A DNA stretch of 64,000 bases, taken from the NCBI GenBank assembly GCA_951406725.2, contig OX597831.1, forward strand, positions 15,252,001-15,316,000, given 5' to 3'. Below are positions 54,901 through 64,000 of the stretch, in pieces. A program made the translations under genes and the position numbers. The notes beneath the pieces are model-generated. The model was not told the DNA's origin and did not search any database. It saw only the letters and a list, made by a program, of their open reading frames with translations. Position 1 is the stretch's first letter. Each line of letters starts with the position of its first letter. The stretch is from Octopus vulgaris. Taxonomy: Eukaryota.

Positions 54901-57360
54901 GTTTTTGTTGTTGTTCTCCTTCTTCTTCTCATTGTTTTTGTTGTTGTTGTTGTTCTACTTTTTCATGTTTCTGTTGTTGTTTTTGTTGTTGTTGTTCTCC
55001 TTCTCCTTCTTCTTCTTCTTCTTGTTTTCATTGTTGTTGTTGTTCTTCTTCTTCTTGTTTTTGTTGTTGTTGTTCTCCTTTTTTCGTTGTTGTTGTTGTT
55101 CTTCTTCTTCTTGTTTCTGTTGTTGTTTTTGTTGTTGTCCTCCTTCTTCTTCGTCTTCTTCTTGATTTTGTTGTTGTTGTTGTTCTCCTTCTTCTCCTCG
55201 TTTTTGTTGACGTTTTTGTTGTTGTTCTCCTTTTTATTATTCTTGCTTTGGTTGTTGTTCTCCTTCTCCTCCTTGTTTTTGTTGTTGTTCTCCTTCTTAT
55301 TCTTGCTTTTGTTGTTGTTGTTATTCTTTTTATTTCTGTCGTTGTTGTTGTTGTTCTCCTTCTTCTTGTTTTTGTTGTTGTTATCATTTTTTTTATTTTC
55401 TTCATCTTGTTTTTGTTGTTGTTGTTCTCCTTCTTTTTTGTTGTTGTTGCTGTAGTTCTCCTTCTTTTTTGCTGTTGCTGTTGTTGTTTTTTTTTGTTGT
55501 TGTTGTTATCCTTCTTATTCTTCTTGTTTTTGTTGTTGTTGTTGTTGTTCTCCTTCTTCTTCGTCTTCTTCTTGCTTTTGTTGTTGTTGCTCTCCTTCGT
55601 CTTCTTGTTGTTGTTTTTGTTGTTGTTGTTCTCCTTATTCCAGTTTTTGTTGTTGTTGTTCTCCTTCTTCCTGTTTTGGCTGTTGTTTTCATATTTGTTG
55701 TTGTTGTTCTTTTTGTTTTTTGTTGTTGTTGTTCTCCTTCTGTTTTTGTTGTTGTTGTTGTTTTTCTTCTACTTGTTTCTGTTGTTGTTTTTGTTGTTGT
55801 TATTATCATTCTTCTTCTTGTTCCTGTTGTTGTTTTTGTTGTTGTTGTTATCCTTCTTCTTCTTCTTGTTTTTGTTGTTGTTGTTGTTCTTCTTAATCTT
55901 CTTGTTTTTGTTGTTGTTGTTGTTGTTCTTCTTCTTCTTGTTTTTGCTCTTGTAGCTGTTCTCCTTCTTCTTGTTTTTGTTGTTGTTTATGTTCTCCTTC
56001 TTATTCTTCTGGTTTTTTTGTTGTTGTTCTCCTTCTTGTTTTTGTTTTTGTTGCTGTTGTTCTCCTCCTCCTTCTTCTTGTTTATTTTGTTGATTTTGTT
56101 GTTGTTCTCCTTCTTCTTATTCATCTTGTTTTTGTTGTTGTTGTTCTCTTTCTTTTTCTTCTTGTTTTTGTTGTTGTTTTTGTTGTTCTCTTTCTTCTTC
56201 TTGTTTTTATTGTTGTTTTACTTGTTCTCCTTCTTCTTGTTTTTGTTGTTGTTGTTGTTGTTCTCCTTCTTCTTCTTCTTTTTGTTTTTGTTGTTGTTGT
56301 TCTGCTTCTTCTTCTTCTTCTTCTTGTTATTGTTGTTGTTATTGTTCTCCTACTTCTTCTTGTTTTTGTTGTTGTTGTTGTTTTCCTTCTTCTTCTTGTT
56401 TTTGTTGTGGTTGTTGTTGTTCTCCTTCTTCTTCTTGTTATTGTTGTTGTTTTTGTTGTTGTTCTCCTTCTTCTTTTTCTTCTTTTTGTCGTTGTTTTTG
56501 TTGTTGTTGTTCTCCTTCTTCTTTTTCTTGCTTTTGTTGTTGTTGTTGTTCTTCTTGTTTTTGTTGTTGTTGTTCTGCTTCTTCTTCTTCTTGCTTTTGT
56601 TGTTGTTCTTCTTCTTCTTCTTGCTTTTGTTGTTGTTGTTCTTCTTCTTCTTGTTTTTTTGGTGTTGTTTTTCCCCTTCTTATTGTTTTTCTCGTTGTTT
56701 TTGTTGTTCTCCTTCTTCTTCTTCTTGCTTTTGTCATTTTTGTTGTTGTTCTCCTTCTTCTTCTTCTTCTCTTCTTGTCTTTGTTGTTGCTGTTGTTCTC
56801 CTTCTTCGTCTTCTTGTTTTTGTTGTTGTTTTTGTTCTTGTTGTTCTCTTTCTTCTTCTTGTTTTTGTTTTTGTTCTTGTTGTTCTCCTTCTTCTTCTTG
56901 TTTTTGTTTTTGTTGTTGTTCTCCTTCTTCTTCTTGTTTTTGTTTTTGTTTTTGTTGTTGTTCTTCTTCTTGTTTTTGTTTTTGTTGTTGTTGTTCTTCT
57001 TGTTTTTGTTGTTGTCGTTGTTGTTCTCCTTCTTCTTCCATTTTTGTTGTTGTTCTTCTCCTTCTTCTTGTTTTTGTTTTTGTCGTTGTTTTTGTTGTTG
57101 TTGTTCTCCTTCTTCTTGTTTTTGTTGTTGTTGTTGTTTTTGTTGTTGTTCTCCTCCTTCTTCTTGTTTTTGTTTTTGTTGTTGTTGTTGTTGTTCTCCT
57201 TCTTCTTACTCTTGTATTTGTTGTTGTTTTTTTCTCCCTCTTCCTCTTCTTGTTTTTGTTTTTGTTGTTGTTGTTCTTCTTCTTTATCTTCTTGTTTTTG
57301 CTTTTGTTGTTGTTGTTGTTCTCCTACTTCTTCTTGTTTTTGTTGTTGTTGTTCTTCTTC
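45721..57360. repeat. Giant strand-asymmetric (GTT)n-CTC-(CTT)n-GTTTTT minisatellite, ~9.7 kb net, split by a LINE
   Basis: Blocks 45721-48596 and ~50527-57360. The plus strand is almost devoid of A, which explains the long L/V/F/C/S and K/R/T/N/Q/E pseudo-ORFs. Confidence 0.97.
48597..50527 (-). mobile_element. CR1-clade LINE, 5'-truncated, relatively young, inserted in the satellite
   Basis: ORF pieces 49763-50473 (KGHGPDGIHPRV, WRTAIICPIFKKG, NYRPVSLTS) and 48709-49893 (QHGF, DFAKAFDSV, GVPQVSVLGPLLF, FADD, LERVQRLATR). Frameshift ~49885. 3' UTR hairpin ccatgt..acatgg (48643-48660) and (TAAC)n tail at 48597-48616. Confidence 0.95.
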
Positions 57361-57396
57361 TGTATCAACATCATCATCCTCATCATCAACTCATGA

Positions 57397-57600
57397 AGGC
57401 GTGTAGCTGGCAGAATCGTTAATGCACCGGGAGACAAATGCTTTGTGTCATGTCATCCGTCCTGACGTTCTGAGTTCAATTTCCGACTTTGTCTTTCATT
57501 CTTCGGAGTCTATAGAATACGCTCCACTCGAGCACTGGGGGTCGATGCCAACGATTATCCCCATACCCCAAATTCAGGCATTGTGCCTCTTGGAATATAG
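57397..57600 (+). mobile_element. SINE family A-related, older copy
   Basis: ggcgtgtagctggcagaatcgttaatgcaccgg..gttctgagttcaatttccgactttgtctttcatt..ggggtcgat..ttgtgcc. Confidence 0.75.
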
Positions 57601-57830
57601 ATTATTATCATTATTTAGTCACAGATTTTTAGTTGCGCATTAGATTACTGTAAGTGTACACCCACACACACACATTTGTTGACAGATGTGTGCAAATGTG
57701 TGTATTTGCATTATTATGTATTCATATACATGTATGTTTTTGCATGTGTATGCAGGTGAAGACTACCTTACGCATTTGGAAAGCATACGTACACTCACAT
57801 ATACACACACATAGAAAGCCCACGCACAGG

Positions 57831-57932
<102 letters not shown>

Positions 57933-58006
57933 ACTATCTATCTATCTATCTATCTATCTGCCTGTCTGTCTGACTGTCTGTCTACCTATCTTTTAATCTA
58001 TATGTG

Positions 58007-58052
<46 letters not shown>

Positions 58053-59009
58053 CTGTTGTAGATGAGAGGGTGGAAGAAAGAGAGAGAGGGGGAGGGATAG
58101 AGTGATGGTGAGATATACAAAGAAGTGAATAACATAAGTCATACGCATAATTTCTTCAGTTATATTTTAACGTCAGATTATAAAATAATCGTGTGTAATG
58201 AAGTGTAATAAGCTATAATTTTCGTTGGACAGAAACCTTTCCAGTTATACATATAAATCCTTGTAATAAACCATAGAATTATAATACCATAACTGTCAAA
58301 ATGCTGTTGGGATTCGACTTGTGGGCGGTTTCCTCTGATGAGACTGCTTGTGCCATCATGTGCATGCATGTGTGCTTACGATCGTTTCCATACCTCTATT
58401 TTTGTGTACGTGTGTTGGCATATTTTTATGTTTCTTTGTTCTTTTGTATATATATATGCGTATGCCTGTGTAGCGTGACCATAATATATATGTAAACGCC
58501 AGCGCATGCATGGGTGCATATTTTCAAAGATCCATATATATGTATACGTGTAGCTGCAGACGTGGGTGTGAGTAGAGATAAATGTGTTTGTCTCTGTATA
58601 TTGGAATGATCCAGCGATTTTGTCCAGCAGAATATAAGTTCATTATAAATTGACAGCACTTCATTTAACTTATTTCTGGTACCAACCATTTCTAGTCTTT
58701 ATGCTTTGTTGATAAGAACATCTCTTCTGTATTTCAGCATCAAACATTATATGATCTTAATTACTGCTGATGGTTAACAAATAAATTTCAACCACATATT
58801 GATTCCAATTCTGTAACTCTTAAACTAGGAGAAGCATCACAGAAAATGATATTTTCAAATTGTTTTCATGAATACCTTACAGTTTTGATCAATCAACACT
58901 CTCTGTATTCGACGTAATAATGTATTTTTCACCAAGCGTTTAACATCCTTCTAAAGCTGGGTCAGTATTTTCTTTAATATGTATTATTGAATGTATTAAT
59001 TTCTTCCAG

Positions 59010-59985
59010 TCAATGGGCCATCCTTTCGAACAGTCGAGGTCGATCCCTGTTAGCTTGGTTTCGCTGCCACTTGGCAGTATGTAATGGAAGACCAATGGCT
59101 ATGATTTTTTTTTCTCAGTTTGACTCGACCGCAAATGGTTACGTCTGTCAGCCATGGTTAGCTGACCAGAACTGTTTCGGGCAAGATTTCCTTAGGCTAC
59201 CTTTTCTAGGCCCCTGGATCACTAGGGTGAGAAGTGCTGCCCTAAAACTGCTGTTCAGTCATCTGAGATGTTGTCGAGGTTCTCTGCTGTCCAATACGAA
59301 TACCAGCGACAACTGGTCCACAAGCCACCTACGGGCAGGTTTATTGCTAAAACTTCCATTGGCTACCTCCACTTGTTCCGTTCGCCATTTCCCTAACGCT
59401 ACAGGATATGAAGCTGTGAGCTGGAGGACTGATAATCAAAGACACCTGTGTTTTAAACAGGAGAGCTGTTGCGCAGGAACCATTCCATTCTCTCGTTTGG
59501 AAGAACTTTGACCGAATGGAAGAGAAAGTTGTTACGGCCGGAAACCCTTCCTGCTGCAGTTGCTGGCCAGGACTCCAGAGTGTGCCGTCGTGCTGTAGGC
59601 GCTCCACTACATCTGCAGGTAGTAGCTTCCAGATTTTGGACCTTACTAATGGTCTCCTATGCCCAGTACGCAAGAAGCGGTCTTCGCTTTGAATTCAAAG
59701 AGCCTCGGCTAACCTCAACTGGTTTCGTCCACTCCCCGTGTGGCTACTGTGCATAGTACAGCTGCATGGAGCAGCAGGTGAGAGCTGGCTGCCTGGTAAG
59801 GACCAAGGTGGACGAACGACTACTAAGGAGTATGACTAACTATACCACTGGACGTGCTACCCTTCCCTTAACACTCTAAATGGGGGTACAACGACGATCT
59901 GAAAATTAAACTCAAACAGAGCGGCATTAGCCTACGCAACCTCGAAGCAACTGTTGCACACAGATCAGCGTGGAGATCTTTCACC
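59010..59985. mobile_element. GC-richer RTE-like LINE relic(s)
   Basis: Plus strand ~59887-59985 reads YNDDLKIKLKQSGISLRNLEATVAHRSAWRSF, matching the RTE C-terminal KDxLKxxLKxxxI..AxDRxxWR pattern. The upstream part is unassigned. Confidence 0.45.
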
Positions 59986-60329
59986 TTACGAGCACACACG
60001 CACGCGCGCACGTGTAATTATTTTTGGATGTGTGTATGGTTTTCTGTATGGGAGTATGTATATGCATGTATGCACGTATGAATGTATGTATGTATGTATG
60101 TTTGTATGTATGTATATGTAAGCATGCGTGTTAGAGTATGTATGTATATATGCATGTATACCAATATCATTGCGCACCATTGCTACATCTCTCAAGAAGT
60201 GCTACTCTAAGGTTTGAAACCGTAAATATTTTGTTTAATATCCACTTGAAACGTGCATGAAATGGCAGTGAAAGCGGGTCCGTACAGAATGTACTGTAGC
60301 TGACCGTTGAAGGTGCTTATTGATATGTG

Positions 60330-60440
60330 ACATGTTTTTTAGAAATCATATTATAACGCTTGCATCCACTCTAGTGGATTCTTCAGATTGAATCCACTAG
60401 TGCGGATGCAAGCGTTATAATATGATTTATAAAAACATGT
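60330..60440. repeat. ~110-bp hairpin at the end of a (TA)n-associated repeat
   Basis: acatgttttt..atcatattataacgcttgcatcc..ctagtggattc / gaatccactag..ggatgcaagcgttataatatgat..aaaaacatgt. The right arm continues (to ~60545) into sequence homologous to ~7478-7605. Confidence 0.9.
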
Positions 60441-61076
60441 GACATTGATAAAAATCTGTAAATATATTACTATCCAGATTTCTGAGTACCTTATTTCTTC
60501 TAATATATGATACTTGTACATAACCTCCAAACCTTCTAATATATATATTTTTTTCTATGGTATCTCTTAAAGAATAGTTGTAATAATGGCAATATATAAA
60601 TGGAAGAAGCAGCGATGCTTTAAAATGAGTTTTGGAATATATATATATATAGCTATGAGAAATTCAAATTAGATTTTGCCCTATGGACACTGTCTAATTC
60701 TTTTCACAAATTATATGATTATTGGGATAAAGATACTATCAGTAATAAGAGTTTTCGAAGTTAGATTAATCAATCAAATACATGCCCTTAAGGGAGGAAC
60801 AGTGAGACACAGAATAACATACATCATAATAGACCGAATAATAATGTATCGTCCAATGACCCTATGGTGTCGGTATCGGTCACCATACTCTTACACCGTA
60901 CTGATGTATATGTATAAACGCACATACACGCAAAAAGTATATGTATGTGTGTGTTTTTTTGAGTGATTGTAGGCGTGTGTGAGTGTGATAACATATACTA
61001 TGTATATATTAATACATACTTTCATATGTATGTAAAAATATATACATATATACATACATGTATCTATCAGTCTATC

Positions 61077-61109
<33 letters not shown>

Positions 61110-61150
61110 ATCTATACACACACAGAAACAGACAGACAGACAGACAGACA

Positions 61151-61187
<37 letters not shown>

Positions 61188-61759
61188 ATATATATATATA
61201 TTGATCGATAAATACACGAAGACATCAATAGAGAAAGCGTTAGACGTATGTATATATACATACATAATGTGCATATGTATGCATACACACGTATATATGC
61301 GTATATGCGTATGACTCTATGTATCTATGTATGCGTATTCATATATAAATGTGTACATATATATGATTACATGTACATATGTGTGGGCTGTTAAATTATG
61401 TGTTTATGTATGTTTGTGTTTATCTCTCTATCTAAATAGACACAGGCACACACATAGGCATAGGCGCAACACACACCAAACGCATACACACATACACGCA
61501 CAGACGCATACACTCACAAACATATTTCAATATATATGTGTGTGTGTATGTGCATTTGTGTGTGTAGTTATTTATTCTTTCAGACGCAAACGCCAGCATA
61601 CTCAAGGACAGTGTCCCGCACACGTAGAAATTCCTACTGTTCTCCTAAATGATGAATCGACAAATTTGAGAATGTCCAATAGTAGCAGACCATTGTTGAC
61701 AGGACTTCTTCTTAGGGGGTGGATCAGAGGTTAATCAGCAAGAACGATGACATACTTAA

Positions 61760-61820
<61 letters not shown>

Positions 61821-62168
61821 ATATTAAATGAAAAGTATTATACAGCAAAGATAATACATAGATATGCACCTCCAAGTTCATGAATGGTTTACAGATTTAT
61901 AGAATTATATAAAGTGTTCTAACTTCCTTTTCAGAATATGAGAAAGGAAAATCACAATTAGGCAGAAGGTTCGCCAAGCTGTATGAACTTCGTCATCTGG
62001 TCAAGATAAACGAGATAAATTTAATTGCGCTTACTTCCTGAAAAACAGAATAAACATATTGTGTGCACAATGAATGTGACTGCTGTGACCCGACAGGCAT
62101 ATAACATTTTGACACTGTTTGTGTATGTATATATGCGTGTATGTGCCTGTGTGTGTGTTTAAATATAT

Positions 62169-62238
<70 letters not shown>

Positions 62239-62282
62239 ATTCATATAATAGATACATAGATAGCTCTCTCTATCTATCTATC

Positions 62283-62438
<156 letters not shown>

Positions 62439-62762
62439 ACATATATATGTAAAAACTTAGATAAAACTTAGATATGTTTCGACCAGAGATTGGTCCAGGC
62501 CATGTCTAACTTAATAGCACCACCTGATAGGATTATTCGAATCCTGTTTAAGTCAAGTTTTGTTCAAGTAGTGAGTTCTTGTTGGGTTTACATATATAGT
62601 ATATATATATATATATATTCACAAGAGTAAACAAGAGAGACAGAGACAGGCAGAGATAAGTAAAATGCCACATGTATTTCAACATTATACAAATATTGTT
62701 TAAAAAAGAAACTTTCCTTTTACTTTTTCCCAATTTAACTGATTTCCATATTGATTTCCATG

Positions 62763-62846
62763 CACTTGAAAAAGTCTGAACAATTGAAACCGGTACTAAA
62801 ATGCTTTTTATAAAATTATTTTAGCATTTTCTATCTTGACTTTTTT

Positions 62847-62850
<4 letters not shown>
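62763..62850 (+). mobile_element. Solo PLE pLTR tail with decayed U3-A8 hammerhead (same family as 10272-10366)
   Basis: TTGAAAA-agtc..-GAAA-ccgg-TA-ct, then tataaaattattttagcattttctat..ttgactt, matching the rc of 10272-10330. Ends in (TA)n. Confidence 0.7.
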
Positions 62851-62908
<58 letters not shown>

Positions 62909-63168
62909 TTAAACACGCACACAGTGATATGGAGACGAAACGTTTAGCCGTTAGGGTGTTGCCCTCGTGAGCGTAGGGGTTTACGTCTGATTGTGGGTGT
63001 GTTGTGTTCTGGTGTCATGCACGGAATTTCTTTGCTGCATTTCCACATACCTGTGGCCTCCGATTTAGGTGAAACATGTGCGGGTCAGAATGCAGTAAAC
63101 CAGACTTATGAGCTTATGGCTTGTGAGGGATGTGTTATAATTTTTTATGCACACACACACACACGGAT

Positions 63169-63231
<63 letters not shown>

Positions 63232-63335
63232 TATATAATAACAAAGGGTAAAATTAATTAATTAAGAAGTAATCAGTAATTTCACCAAGTAGAATTCGGC
63301 ATGAAAAAGACCATTTCATGGTAAGCTTAAGTAAA

Positions 63336-63530
63336 ACTTTATAATTAGGGTTCAGCAAAGATTAGCTTCACCACATACCGAAGTTTAGAAATAGCGTGGA
63401 TTGTTTTCAAGTACTTTGGTTTTTCTGGGAGTCCCTTTTAAACTAGAAGGAATAGCTACGATTGTTTACTGCTATTTCTAAACTTCGGTATGTGGTGAAG
63501 CAAATCTTTGCTTAACCCTAATTATAAAGT
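63336..63530. repeat. Inverted repeat with 60-bp arms in a (TA)n-flanked unit related to 5038-5200
   Basis: actttataattagggtt..cttcaccacataccgaagtttagaaatagc (63336-63395) vs its rc (63471-63530). Confidence 0.9.
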
Positions 63531-63837
63531 ATATATATATATATGAACACTATTAAATTTATATCTAATGTAGGATAAAATGTTTTCCCCCAAAAAATTT
63601 ATCAGTGGCCAGCATATTAAAAAATACCTTTAAAGGTTAAATTATAAACAACTTATAAATAAGGGCACTTCCGGACTCTCCCACTCTGTGAGTGCCTCTG
63701 TTCAAATCGCACGTGTCTTGAATGGGCTGGAGTATTTCGATTTTGGATTTATTTGGGGTACTTAGTTGTGCTTATGACTTAGTGTTTGCTTCTTCCATGG
63801 GTATGAGTAAGTATTTCATTTACTTCTTTGCCACATG

Positions 63838-63889
63838 TATCACTGACGAAGAGAGGGTTCTTTTAGCTAACCCTGAAATCGGTCCGATA
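63838..63889 (+). ncRNA. Degenerate type I hammerhead motif
   Basis: tatca-CTGACGA-agag-agggtt..aaccct-GAAA-tcgg-TC-cgata. Extra bases before stem II and mismatches in stems I and III. Confidence 0.5.
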
Positions 63890-64000
63890 TGGTAATAATG
63901 GAATTCTTTTAGAGATGTCTGTCGACCTTTTATCGAGTAGCGTGCCTTCTGGGAAAAAAATTATATGGTAAATGGACAATATGTCCAATTTTCGGCATAT

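Noticed and set aside
45721-57360. CRISPR-like or telomeric array
   Set aside because: No constant repeat with unique spacers, no cas genes and a eukaryotic context. No TTAGGG/TTAGG units; the (TTAG)n at 48597 is the LINE tail.
45799-57422. Very long ORFs (up to 869 aa) of L/V/F/C/S or K/R/T/N/Q/E
   Set aside because: The plus strand nearly lacks A, so stop codons are rare. Several frames are open at once and the peptides are pure repeat translations.
58338-58345. CTGATGAG hammerhead half-core (similar isolated cores at ~22892, ~26563, ~33056)
   Set aside because: No downstream stem II-GAAA-UH-stem I' arrangement found.
62468-62496. Minus-strand gacca..tggtc-GAAA-cata-TC (and GAAA-cgtacg-TT at ~5317-5334)
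   Set aside because: Only the 3' half of a hammerhead with no CUGANGA strand, so not counted as a ribozyme.

Overview
Repeat-dense, AT-rich eukaryotic (animal) genomic DNA with no supportable host protein-coding exon. The SINE families and the density of (AT)n/(ATCT)n/(AC)n microsatellites suggest an octopus/cephalopod genome (inference from recalled repeat sequences, not a search). Contents: decayed Penelope-like elements (PLEs; RT plus GIY-YIG), a CR1-like LINE inserted in a GTT/CTT satellite that spans ~11.6 kb including the insertion, RTE and REL-type LINE relics, two mariner relics, an hAT-like MITE and several tRNA-derived SINEs. Nearly all ORFs in the supplied track are microsatellite or low-complexity artefacts. 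The most interesting signal is about 14 type I hammerhead ribozyme (HHR)-like motifs read by eye (stem I - CUGANGA - stem II - GAAA - mostly short palindromic stem III - UH - stem I'), ranging from canonical to degenerate. They lie in short non-coding units mostly bordered by (TA)n. These include two adjacent terminally redundant retrozyme-like units (397-nt and ~468-nt periods; the first starts at the predicted cleavage site), head-to-head palindromes with an HHR on each arm, and recurrent non-canonical cores (U3-A8 covariation, U4C, extra A after A9). All folds and alignments were done by eye and need computational and biochemical confirmation.
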